DNA of 64,000 nt from Lama guanicoe (Eukaryota). The notes beneath the pieces were generated by a model. The model was given only the letters and a program-made list of their open reading frames with translations. It was not told where the DNA came from and ran no database searches. The DNA is taken from assembly GCA_013239625.1 (NCBI GenBank), contig MU053881.1, positions 1,054,001 through 1,118,000 of the forward strand. Direction: 5' to 3'. The stretch's first letter is position 1; every line of letters starts with the position of its first letter. Positions 13,330-25,506 of the stretch are shown piece by piece. Both the position numbers and the translations under genes were made by a program.

Positions 13330-16300
13330 AGGGGAGTCCCTCCTCCCTCTTGTTGCGTCTCCTGCTTCCTGTATCTCTAGCCTTCCACTTTCGAGATTGC
13401 CTCTTTTGTTTTGAAGGAGCATATCCTTCAGTAGCTTCAAAAGGGTGCCGGACAGGTAAAACTTTAGAGAACTTACTTGTCTGCAAGTGTCTTTCATACT
13501 TGATGGAGAGCTCGTCTGGGTATAGACATTGTGAAGGCTTTGCTCCACTGTTTACCTGCTTCTCATGCTGATTTGGGAAGTCTAAAACCATTCTGCTTCC
13601 AGTCCTTCGCGACCTCTTCTGTAGCTGCTCCCCCCAGCCCCCTCCCACTCTCTGTGATAGCTTGTGGACTCTTCCTCGGGTTCTGAAATTTCACGGTGCT
13701 GTACCAAGCCGCTGGCCTGTTTCACCTTCCGCGTTGGGTGCTAGCTGGGCCCTGTCGGTCTGGGAGCACCTTTCAGTTGTAGGAAATTTTCTTGAATTGT
13801 TTCAAGAAACATTAATTCTTTCCTCTCTGCGTTCTCTTTTCTCTCTTTATGGAGCCTCTGTTGTATGGATGGTATACCTCTGGTCTGGCCCTCTAACTTT
13901 CTTCTTTTTTTCCTGATGGTTCAAGTCTCTTGGTCTTACTGTTTCACTTTCTGAGAGATTTCTCAACTTTATCTTCCCAGTCCTTACACTTTGTTAATTA
14001 TTTCTGCTGAAATGTTTTTTTTAATTGAAGAATTGTTGATTTACAACGTTGTGTTAGTTCCTGGTGTACAGCATAGTGATTCAGTTATGCATGTGTATAT
14101 ATATTCTTTTTCATTATAGGTTATTGCTGGATATTGACTGTAGTTCCCTGTGCTGTACAGTAGGACATTGTTGTTTATCTGTTTTGTACATAGTAGTTTG
14201 TATTTGCTAATCCCCAACTTCTAACGTATCTCCCTCCCCCCACATTCTCCTTTGGTAACCATAAATATGGTTTCTGTGTCCGTGAGTCTGTTTCTGTTCT
14301 GCTGAAATGTTTTTAATTTCAAAAAACCCGTTTGGCTGTTCTCATTTTGCGCATTTACTGGCCGCAGTACCTGCCTTCAGCTCCCAGTGGTCACTGCTGA
14401 GAGGCTCCCCTCCCTTCCTAGGCAGTCTCCGTCCCCTCCGTTTTCCTCATTTTGATCGTTGTGCTTCATCTCAGCCTCCACCTGTTGTGTCTGGGGCTTA
14501 CCCCGGAGAGCTGGGGATCCTTGGCCGGCTGCTCATGCATAAGGTTGGGCAACAAAAGAAGTGACTGGGTCTCGATGCTGGTTGTCAGGGGCGTCATGGC
14601 TGTGATGCTGCCTTCCGGTCTTTGATCAGATTCCCTAGAGAAGCCTCCTCCAGGCTCCTGCCTGGGGGTAAGGACCTGACCACCAGCATTCTAAGAGCAT
14701 GAATTGTGGAAGCGGGCTGGTGTCGTGGCATTCATTTCATCCTCCTATTTTTTAGCGTGGTACCCATGCTTGCAACTACACCTGGTGCCCGCAACCCAGA
14801 GACCTTCTTTTCTACCTTTTCAAGAGAGAATGAGTGTCTGGACCAGTGCAGTGTTAGCTATTGGGCTGTTGCTGGGGCATAGGGAGTGGGGAGAGGATTT
14901 GGCATTAGTCATCAACGAGTCCTACTTACTCAGTCTACCCTTCGCCCCACTTCCAGGAGTACCAGAGGCTTCTGTGCTGCAGACTGGAAGAGTCGTGGCC
15001 ATCTGCTCAACATGCTAAGTCCATGGCCATATCATCTGCTTTCCAGCCTCCAACAGTTCTGTTACTTTTTCCTCTCCTGTTCCCTTGTCCTAGGCTCTTC
15101 AAAAAAACACGTCTCTCTACTAAAGTTGTAATGGGGTTCCAAAGAGGAGCACAATTGGATGTATGTGTTCAATGCACCTTTTTTACCCAGAGGCCCGTTG
15201 TATGCTTGGATCTGCGTTAGGACTTTGTATTCAGTTCCACGGATCTATCTTTCATGACACTGGTACCATTACGTTCTAACTAATGTTATCTTGCAATACG
15301 TTCTGTGAACTTGAAAGGGTAAGTACCTCCTCATTATTGTTCTTAAATACTTTTCCTGGCTAGTCTCTCATACATAGTCTTCCAGTTGAATTTTGTAATT
15401 ATTCTGTTGGATTTTAACAATTTTTTGATGGAGATTGTGTTAAAATTACGGGTTACTCTGGAGAAGAATCAGCTTGCAATCCAGGAGAGTGTCGTCATGT
15501 CTCCGTTTACTGAGGTCTTTTATTTTGCGGGAGGGCTTGCGCTGTATTGATTTACTCTTTGTGTGGTCTGCATACATTCATTATTTTTGTCTCTTCCTAG
15601 ACATTTTGTGGAGTTTGTTCCTGTGGTTGAATAGCCGTGTTTTCTCATTCTGTTTCCTGGCCAGTCACTGTTATGTACAAGAAAGGCATTGACCTTCGTG
15701 TACCGATTCTGTGTAAGATGAGAATTAACTATTCCTTGTAAGTTTGGTAAAACTCTTCTGTAAAACCTTCTGGGCTTTTCTTTGACTACTTTCTCCATTT
15801 CTTCTAAGGTTTACTCAGGTTTTTCTACTTGAGCTGACCATTGGAATTGATACTCTCTTCTTGGTCTGGGCAATTAGAACAGCATTTCTCATGGCTGGTG
15901 CTCAGGGTTTCAGGGCTTACCTTCGTGTTTGCTCTGGTTTTGCTCTGGCTTTGCTCTGGCTTTGCTCTGTGCTAGCGGCCGTGGACACGGTTTTTAAGTT
16001 TTCTTTTTGTCCGAATGTACAGTCAGATTTGGAATGTGTTCCGCGTGTGCTTGAACAGGACTCATCTTTCTGGTTGTTAGGCTTAAACGTTAGGTCAGTC
16101 CTAACGTTAGGTTTCAGTCCTTCAAATGGTAGCCGACAGCCCTACCTAATGTTTTATCTACTTCGTGTGTTTTTTCTGGAATAAAGGCATTGAAATGCAC
16201 AAAGAACTGTGGCTCTGTCTGTTTCTCCTTGTATCAGGTTGAAGCTCTGTCAGGTGAGTCGAGCTTCGGGACTTTTGCATCTTCTCAGTGAATTGTTTGT

Positions 16301-16470
16301 CAGTTTGCCCCTTTAATGTCTTGGATTATATTTTATCTCATAAATGTCGTTACGCCTGGTTTCTTTTTGTTGGCAATTAGCATGGCACCTCTGTCTTCGC
16401 CCCATTTGTTTTAACTCCTCCTGGGTCATTTGGTTTTGGTTATGCCTTGTGTTAGTAATTTACAGCAGGA
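13330..16470 (-). mobile_element. Ancient degraded L1M fragments
   Basis: Long T-rich block with antisense L1 phrasing; boundaries approximate. Confidence 0.6.
14014..14296 (-). mobile_element. 5'-truncated artiodactyl-type L1 3' end with about 17-bp TSD, nested in an older L1
   Basis: poly-T then aattgaag...gatttacaacgttgtgttagttcctggtgtacagcatagtgattcag; TSD ttctgctgaaatgtttt at 14002 and 14297. Confidence 0.85.
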
Positions 16471-19400
16471 TTTTGTGCCAGCTCCTGCTCCTCTGCCAGT
16501 CACCTCACTTTTGCTCTGGCTTCCCGCCCCACCGCACCCCGTCAAGCCTGGGCTGGCCAGCCCTGCTGAACCTGCGTCTCCTTCCAACCCAGCTTCCGGC
16601 TCCCACGGGGACCCCCTGCCTCCCCACTGTTGGCCCTGAGTGCCTCCCATTGCATCCCTGTGCTGGCTCCTGTCCCTCACAGCCCTGCGGTTACCAGTGA
16701 GGCACGGGGGAAACCGAGGCACCCGAGACCCTGGGCCCCTGCCTTCCCGGGGGGCCTCTACCCAGGGAGGGGAAGACAGTTAATGCCCCAGCAAATCACG
16801 TATGAGATCTGAGCTGCAAATGGTGGTGTGTTCATGAAAGAAGAAAGGAAGATGCTGTCAGGGAGATACTGAGGGAAGGAAGAACCTATTTTAATTTATA
16901 ATGAAATAAGGCAAGTTCCCCTGAGGAGGGGACATTTCGGCTGACACCTGATGGATGACAGGGAGTAGGTCCAGTGAGGAATGAAGGGAAGATCATTCCG
17001 CGGAAAGCGGACAGCGATCTTCTTCGCCACTGAGCGGTGGCTTCTCAAGGCTCTGTGCCCCTCCTCCCACTTGCAGGCGTGTAGCTGGAGGAGGCAGATG
17101 GGGTCCAAACACATCCAGTCTGGTGCAGGAGGCAGTGCAGGAGGCAGTGGGGCCCTGGCACCAAGGGCTGCGGGTCCCCTTCCCTCTAGACCTCTGGGGA
17201 GCTCCTGCTGGTCCTGATGGGAGGGGCTACATTTGGGCAGGAGCAGCAGTAGGAGGAAGAGCATCCCAGGAGAGGCCAGTGCAGCAAAGCCTGGGCGTGG
17301 GATTTGCACAGGGAAAGCAAGCACCCAGGCGCCCCTGAACCTCCAGAGCAGGTGGCACCTGCCGCATCATGCTCCCAAGGGGTTTGCAGACTCCAGACCC
17401 CGGGGTTTCTCTTCTCCAGATAAACCTGCTTGGTTCTACTAGTTTCACTTTCCCCACACCATCCCGTGCTGCCGGTGAAGTACACGGGTCACTCTCGGGG
17501 CATGTTAACAACTTTGGATCCCATGACTTGGGCTGGGTCCCTGCCCCTCTGTGTTGTGACTTGTCTGAGTCCCTTAAACTTTCTGGTCCTGGGGTTCCTT
17601 GATGCTAAAATGGGGACAATAATGAGGGTGGTGAGGGCCCCTGAGGGGCCCTGTCCTCCCTTGATCTGCACTTTGACTTTGGATTTGGGGGCATCTCTGT
17701 AGGGGCTGGGCCTTAATGTCCAAGCCATCCCCCCAAAATGACCGTGGTCGAGATAATGATAAGAATCATTACGCTTGTGACGAAATTAACATTTCTGCTG
17801 CGTTCTTAGAAAACATTACTGCTTTTAATGGACCTACAACATACAACGTAGTTAAAACCTGTGCTTGCTTGGCAGAAGCAGCTGCAAGACGTCCCCCAGC
17901 CAGCTCTGGCCTGATGGCAGCCCTGAAGCCCCCCACGGAGAATGTCAGGAGGGGTCACTGCGTGCGGACTTCTTGGGTTAGGGTGGGGAGCACACTCTGA
18001 TGCCTTAAGGGGCCAAATGGGCAGCGAGGGTGGCAGGCCAGGCGGCCAGGGGAGTGAGTCCCCCTGTGTCCTGTCTCCAGGCATGGCTGTCTCTCCACAG
18101 CTCAGGATAAACTCCCCCACCCCCACCCTCTGCAGTGACTCCTTTCTTAATTTCTCAGAGAATCTGGCTATTCTAGATTTTAACATGACATCTCCCAATT
18201 TGAAAATATAGTCGGGCAAATAAGGTACGTTTTAAATACCACGTGGCCCTAACAGGCACCCCCGTGGTCTGGCTTTGCCCAGGGACCACTTGTCAGCGGC
18301 CCCTGGCTTGACGGGGGCAGAGGGTGAGATCCAGCCTCTTCCCTGGGAAGAGATTTTTTTTATGGAAATGACCGTCTTTCTGCTTCCCAAGGTGGCTCTG
18401 AAGGTGAGCTGTCCCTGCTTGTTGGAAATGCAAAGAAATAAATGTGTAAAAATAGAGCAGCAATTCCTCAAACCCCCTGTCAGGTTTAAGTAGCCGGCGT
18501 CCCCTCTGGGAGCAGCAAGGATAGCCCTGAGTCACCTCCAGGCAGCGCTGCAGGGCTCTGGGCACCCCCCCCCCCCGCGCCGTGCCCGTCCCAGGAGCAG
18601 CGCTGGGCAGTGGCTGCCGTGGGCACGTGTGCCTGGGCGGGGCGGGGTGGGGCCCTGGCAGGCGGCACGGGGATCCCAGGAGGCACAGGAGTGCAAGGAG
18701 CCGCTCAGCCCTGGCCTCAGCGTACTCCTTGTTTCTGTGAAGTCCTTCTCTGTCTGCTGCTCCTTCACCTCCACCCTTCTTTCTCAGTCTCTGTCCGTGG
18801 CCAGGTTGCGGGTTTGTGCCTCAGACCTGACAGAGAGCAGGTGTAAAGGAGAGAGTTTCTGGCTGACAGTCAGCCACGTCGGGGCCCTTCCTGTCTGTAA
18901 AATGGGGACAATAATGCATAGCAAAGAGCCCCATGGTCAGCACTGGATCCTGGTGGCAGGCACCTCAGCTGCCTGTGGGTTACCCTGCTGTTCTCAGAAG
19001 CCGTGCTGTGTCTTCAGGGTCTGTCGCATGCCACTGTGACATGCCTGGAGGAGGCAGCAGACAAGAGCCTAAGGGACAAGCAAGAAGGACGATTCTGCAA
19101 GGGCCCCACCCTCAGCTGCAGGCCTGCAGGGTTGGTGATGGCATGATAACCTAAGTTCTAGGTCCTTCCTAAGGTGGGAGGCTCTGAGACACAGCCCCTC
19201 CCCCCACCAGGAAGGCCAAGGAGGAGCAGGACCCTGGGGTCAAGGACCTGTCACAGACACAGAGACTAGTGTGGGGGCGGGGGGAGGGGTAGGCCTTGGC
19301 ACTGGGGCATTTTGGGCAGTGTGGTCTGGGCCTGCCAGTGATGCTGACAGTCAGCCTGCTTAGCTCGGCTGCAACCCTGAGAGGTGGGGGCAGGGTCTCT

Positions 19401-20281
19401 GGTCCAGGGTGGGCTCCAGGACCAGTGGGGAGGCAGAAGAGAATTGAGGCAGAAGCTGCAGCTGTACAGACAGTGCGATGCATCTTGGGGTCCTGAGCAG
19501 GATGGAGCTCCATCCCTGGCCCCTCAGCCGAGGCCCCTCAGGCCCAGGCCCCAGGTGGACTACCTACTCTGAGCAAGGTGTCCAGCCTGTGGGGACCAGA
19601 GGGAGCCCTTGCCAGACAGACGGTGGTGGAGGATCTGTCATGAGAGAGGCTCGTCCTGGTCCCTGCATGGTTAGGTCCAGCAGCTTCTCATCTCCTCGGC
19701 ACTTGGCACCAGGGGCAGGCACAGGTAAACCAGGGGAGGGCCCGTGTCGGGGTCCCAGCCCAGAATCTGTGTGGACGGACTGGCACACAGACAGGGGGCC
19801 TGGCTTTAGGCAGGGACTGAGCAGGAAGTTCTAAAGGGAGCTGTCTGAAAAGACGCAGTGGAACACATGCCACCTGGGCTGGGCTTCAGTTTCCCCAGTT
19901 ACAACCAGGGTGGCAACACCTGGGAGCCTGCCCTTTGGCACTGGGTGGCCCTTTGGAAGGTGCAAGTGTGTGAGAGGGTGGAAAGGGTGCTCTGCCTGCC
20001 CAGCTGCCGGCCTCTCTGTTCATCGCTGGGTGCCGGACCTGGCCTCTGTGCGGGCCGCGCTGCGGGTTTGCATGCTGCTGGGTCTGAGCTGACTGGGCAC
20101 GTCCCTGCTGCCCTCTCTGAACCTCAGTTTGCTCTTCTGTGAAGTGGGGACAGGAGTGCCCTTGGCAAGGTGATAGCCAGGCTGGCACCCGGCAGGCTGC
20201 GTCTGAATGACGTTTTGTCCTGCTGCGATGTCCCCGGTGAGCCCGGGCTGCTGCAGCAGACTGTGTCCTCTCTCCTTGCAG

Positions 20282-20484
20282 GGGTCTCCCCAGGCAGCCT
20301 GGACACCCTCAGCCGCGCCCTGGGCGTCCTGGAGGAGCGCGTCAACAGCTCCAGGCGGAGGGTGCGCAGGCACGCTGCCGACGACGACTACAACATCGAG
20401 GTCCTGCTGGGGGTGGACGACTCCGTGGTCCAGTTCCATGGGAAGGAGCACGTGCAGAAGTACCTGCTCACCCTCATGAACATC
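20282..20484 (+). CDS. ADAMTS2: ADAMTS2 internal exon (human exon 4 equivalent), 203 nt, phase 1 to 0; (G)[67 protein letters not shown]; propeptide end, furin site RRRVRR, start of catalytic domain
   Basis: Acceptor tcctctctccttgcag ends at 20281; donor gtgagt at 20485. The peptide matches ADAMTS2 as recalled: [13 protein letters not shown], where ADAMTS3/14 have [13 protein letters not shown]. Confidence 0.97.
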
Positions 20485-22044
20485 GTGAGTGGGGGCGGGG
20501 CACGGGGGCAGGGCCGGGAGGCCGGGGCGCAGCGGGGCTGGGGCACCCACGCTTGCCATTGTTTCCTGGTGGAGCTGGGAGTGAGCGATGTGGCCACAGG
20601 GAGGCTCTCCAGGTCCAAAGCTGAGAAAAGGTGGCCCTCCCGTTGACCTCGCTGAACCTCAGTTTTCTCATCTGCAGGTGGGGGGTAATTCTGACTTGGC
20701 ACCGCTATTTGTAAGCTAAGTTCTCTTGAGTTTTGGCCGTACCGACCTGCACATTTTCCTATACATCAGCTGACTTGTTTTTAAAACTTAACAGTATTCA
20801 CAAAGGCAACCTCCCTTTATTGTAAAGTTAACCTGGAAGTGACATATAAAGCGATGTTATCCTAGCTGGAGAGTCCTGCCTTCTGCCGGCTGCACTGCGG
20901 CTGCGCCGCTCAGACGGGAGATGAGTGTGTGTCAGGGCGGGGGACAGATGGACTGACTCCCCTGGAGGCTTCTCCTTGAGGTAGTCAGAGGAAGTGCAGA
21001 CTGAAGAGAGCGTCCCCTCCTCCCTGTGAGGCTTGGCTCCTTAATGGGGCGACGTGTGCCACCTACGCCTGCTAGGGCACCACGAGGCACGTGTCCCCTG
21101 TCTACTTTAATCCTGGGAGATTAAGTGGGGGCCCTGCCCCTCGTTCCAGCCCCCCCACCCCCACCAGGAGGTGCAGGATGCTGACTCGGCACAGAGTGCA
21201 GTCCCCTCGGCCCTGGGCCATGTGGAGGTCCTCCCTCCCCCACCTGGTGCTTCGGGTCAGCCCTGCTGGGAAGATAATCAGGGTGGCAACCAGGACACGC
21301 TGTGGGCGAGCGTTGTGGGAGGGGCGGATCTGCGGCAGGAAGCCCGGGCTGGCAGGGGCTGGAGGTGGGCAGGGAGGCCCAGGCGGTGGGGAGTTGTGAA
21401 GCAGCAGGGCTGTGCGCCCCAGCCTGTCAGTGAACCGGGTCCTGCAGAGGCCTGGCTGGGGGCGAGCAGTGAGAGGGCAGGACATGTGCTCAGTTCTGCT
21501 TCTTGGTTCATGATGAGCCTCTGGGAACTCAGTAGGCCCCTAGGCAAGACCCTCCACCAGGGCCCTAGTGAAGAGATAGGTCAGGAGCCAGAGGGAGACT
21601 GTGAGCCGGCTGGTCGCTGGACCGGACCAGGAGGCCCCTGCCTGCCTCTCTGGAATGCAGCCGTCTCGTCCATAAGCAGGGCGAAGTCTGTTACATGCTC
21701 AGAGCTTACTTTGTTTGGCAGAGTGTTGTCACCCTTAATTGCACCTTATTTTTGAAAAAATACCTTTAATGTAATGTAATCGTAGTAATAATGTTGATAC
21801 CATGATGGCTGCACAGGTTGAGCTCTTCACACGTGGCCCTGTGTGCCAGGCCCGTGCTGGTCACTTACCCTGTGTCATCTTAGGGAATCTTCACACCAAC
21901 TCGACAAAACTGGTAGATAGAAAATCTCGTCTGCCTGCAGAACATGTGCTTTCCCCCCAAGCGTTACACTGCCCTCCAAACCAGTGGACAAAAGGGCAGG
22001 CGTGGAATTAGGGTCCTGAGTCCTGGCAAAGGAAAACCACTTGT

Positions 22045-22527
22045 TCCCTCTGCTGATGCCACTGCTTCCGACGCTAACTGCCTGGGGCCCGTGGGGAGGG
22101 GCGCGGGGCTCCTGTGGCTCTCTGGACGCCCCCACCCCCACCCCAGCACCAGCCTGGAAGCTCTCCAACTTCACCCCTTAGGGTTTTCATGGAGATTTTA
22201 TGACACGGGCACGATTGACGGAATCACTGGCCATGGGTGACTGAACTCAGTCTCCAGCTCCACTCCGCTCCCTGAAGGTCGCAGGTGGGGCTGGAAGTTC
22301 CAGCTCTCTAAATCATAAAGCTGATTCCTCTGGCGACCAGCCCCTGTTCTGATGGGCCCACCGAGGGTCCCCTCATCAGCACAGGCCCTTGCTGTTGAAA
22401 GGGGCCCCTTATGAATAACCAAAGATGCTTCTCCCACCCTATCACTCAGGAAATTATGAGAGTTTCAGGAGGTTTGTGCCAGGAGCCGGGGGCAGAGAAC
22501 AGACATATATTTCTTACTGTGGCATAT
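22045..22527. mobile_element. MER21-like LTR remnant
   Basis: gggttttcatggagattttatgac...tcactggccatgggtgactgaactcagtctccagc...cactcaggaaatt; recognised from memory. Confidence 0.65.
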
Positions 22528-23297
22528 GTGGGTTAGCCTTGGCCCCCCATTATCAGGTATGTCACTGGGAGTGGATTTTCCTGAGCCTGGTGGAGCAAAT
22601 CTGCCTCCTCCCTGGTGTGGAGGGTCCCTTTGTCGTACACACCTTGTGCCCATGAGCTGGTAGGACTAGAACTTTCTAGAAGGTCTGGAACTTTCTCTAG
22701 AAGATCTAGAACGTTCTCTTGGTTTTGCCAGTTAATTTCAGTTCATTCATTTGCGCCCCTGTGATCCAACTGTACCTCAATTTTGGATAATGGGATGGGT
22801 TGGTTAGTTTCTTGAAAAAGCGTGAGAAATATACAGATTATTAAACTGAAACAAATTTTATCATAACCAAAAAAAGATTTTAGGAGAGGAATTGGAGGAG
22901 CTGAGAAAGACTAGTTGGGCCTTTTTTCCCCTGTTGGATTTAGCAAGTGGTGCTTGTCCCGGGCACGGCAGTTGGTCCTGCAGAGCAGAGGGCCTGGGGT
23001 ACAGTCCTGAGCTCAGGGAGATGGGGCAAGAGGGCTGGGGGAGCAATGTCTGTACCCCTAGTCTGAGCCCCACCTCCCACCTCGAGAGCACAGTGTGGTT
23101 GAGGGAGATGAGGGGCCCTGCTTGGATCCTGTGTTGCCCTGACAATACCCTCTAAGGCTCCGTGTCCTCAGTCAGGGCGTGTGCATGCTCTGGGGAGAGT
23201 CCCCAGGGATGACCTGAGGCACGTGAGCACTTTGGTGGTCTTGGGCAGGGGGCAGATTGAGGAAGTGGAACTGTTGGAGAAAGGGTGACCTTCATTA

Positions 23298-23425
23298 GTG
23301 ATGCTGTCCAACAGAACTTTCTGCAGCGCTGGCAATGCCTGATCTGCCCTGCTCAATACAGCAGCCACTAGCCACCCTGACCCTTGCACACTTGAGTGTG
23401 GCTGGGGTCATTAAAATTCAATTAC
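23298..23425. mobile_element. MER3-like hAT-Charlie MITE
   Basis: gctgtccaacagaactttctgc...gcagccactagccac...cacttgagtgtggct. Confidence 0.75.
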
Positions 23426-23440
23426 TTTCCAATAGAGCTT

Positions 23441-24190
23441 TTTGTTTTTTTAATTTTTAAAATTTTAACTGTGGTGAAGTGTATATAAAATTGACCATCT
23501 GCAGTATTTATAAGTGAGCAGTTCAGTGGTACCAAGTGCACACGCATTACTGTGCAGCCATCACCACCATCTCCAGAACTTTCTTCATCTTGCAAAACTG
23601 ACACTGTACATATTAAACCATCATTCCCTCTTCCCCCCATCTCCCCAACCCTTGGGAACGGCCATTCTGCTTTTTCTGTCTCTATGACTGTGACCGTTCT
23701 AAGTACCTCCTCTAAGTGAAATCACACAGTATTCGTCTTATGACTTTCACTCAGCATCATGTTCTCAAGGTTCTTCCGTGTTGTGACAGGTGTCAGAATC
23801 TCCTTTCTTGTTAAGGCTGAGTGATACTCCACCGTGCATGTACACGGCACTGTCTTTGCCTGTTGATCTCCTCGTGAACACTTGGGTTGCTTCCACTTTG
23901 TGGTTATGGAGAATGTTGCTGCTGAACATGGGTGTGCAAATGTCTCTTTCACGTCCCCGCCCTCAGTTCTTTTGTGCATAAACCCAGAAGTGGGATTGCA
24001 GCATCATGATGTAATTCTATGTCTAACTTTTTGAGGAACCACCATACTGTTTTCTGCAGTCGCTCTGCCATTTTTCTTTCCCTCCAACAGTGCAAAGAGG
24101 TTCGAATTCCTCCACCGCCTCCCCAGCACTGGTTGTTTTTGGAAGTAGCCATCTTGATGGGTAATGTGAATCTGATTAATTTGCATTTGG
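23441..24190 (-). mobile_element. L1MB-like 3' fragment including decayed ORF2 C-terminus
   Basis: T-rich tail, tgtgcagccatcaccaccatctccagaac 3'UTR; minus-strand peptides KWKQPKC and TVWWFLKKLDIELHHDAAIPLLG resemble L1 ORF2. Confidence 0.88.
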
Positions 24191-25506
24191 TCCCCGGTCC
24201 CTGGCGTGGCTAGTGGGCTACCACGTTGCACAGCGCAGTTCTGGATGCTTTGTGCACAAGCGGACCGCCTCCTGGGCCCTTTCCCTGAACGTGGCCGGCG
24301 CGTGGACAGCCCTGGGTGTGGAGCCTTGGGACCCTGAAGGTGCCGGCTCACCCGGGGCTGCAGCCAGAGCCCCCAAGTGGCCCTACAAGGCCTGGCCCGC
24401 ACGTCTCCCTCTGCTTGTAAGCGCACAGCTGGCTGTGGGCTTCCCAGCACTTGGAGCCAAAGCTGCAACGTGGAAGACAGATGTGGCGGCAGCCGGCCCA
24501 GACTGTGCTCCAAGTGAGGCATTTGGTCAGCAGTGAGGACAGCCAGGGCCGGGGCAGAAGCACTCCCAGCCCTGGGCGGACCATCTGTCCCCTGAGGAAG
24601 GTCACAGAGGCCCTGGAAGGAGGGACTGGTGGGGGCCCCTAAGACAAGGCCCCGGGAATGTGGGCCCTGAGGGGCAGCAGAGGCCCAAGCGGGCTGGGTG
24701 TGGATGTGGGCCTGCCTCAGCCCCGGCCGCTCTGAGCCGCCTGGTCTCCCTCGTCTGGGCCCTTCCTCTCGCAGGACTCCCTTTGGGGTCTCCTCGTGGC
24801 AGAGCCTGGGCTGGGATGTGGGTCCTCGTGTGACATAGACATTTCCGGTTCATCATGCTCCCCTCCCTTCCAGATCCCAGCCTCCTTACACTGAATTTGG
24901 GGCTAGTTTTGTCTCATGGCCCGCGTGGAAGAAAATGACCCTGGTTGCCTCTTGGCCAAGGCAGTCAGGTGCCGGGGTGTCCCTCCCTCTCTCTTTCCCT
25001 GCCGCAGGGACCTTGGAAGCCACATGTCTCAGGAGGGGCACCTACAAAATGGGGCAGGGCCACCCAACCTGCATAAGCCTGTGACTTGTGCCAGGAAACG
25101 CGCACCGGCCTTTACTGCGTTAAGCTGCTGGGATGCGGCAGTGAGCCTCGGTTAGCTGCATGGAGCCGTCTCATTCTGACGGACACACGTGGCTCTCGTC
25201 CACGCGCTGTGGTCAGCAGATGTCTGCTGGGCATCTCTTGTATCAGAAGTGGACAGGGGCCGATGAGGGGAGTTGGAGGTGGAGGTCCAGTCAGGACTTG
25301 ATGTGACTGAGGCAGTAGGAAATTGGGAGAGGGGCCACTTCCTTCCAGCGTTCGTGGGCAAGATACCTTACGCCTTTTTTTCGTAGGAAAGTGGGAGTTA
25401 ATCCATCCCTCTTTCCATCTCGGGCTCTCTGGAGAGTGAGAAGGGTTGGAACTGTTCGCTGAGCATTTCGAGAGAGCCACTTGGGCGTGGAAAGGGTCTC
25501 ATGGTG

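Noticed and set aside
15928..15969. 11-bp unit tttgctctgg(c/t) repeated about 4 times; also short direct repeats at 44242-44279
   Set aside because: Ordinary slippage repeats inside old L1 sequence. No spacer structure, so not CRISPR-like.
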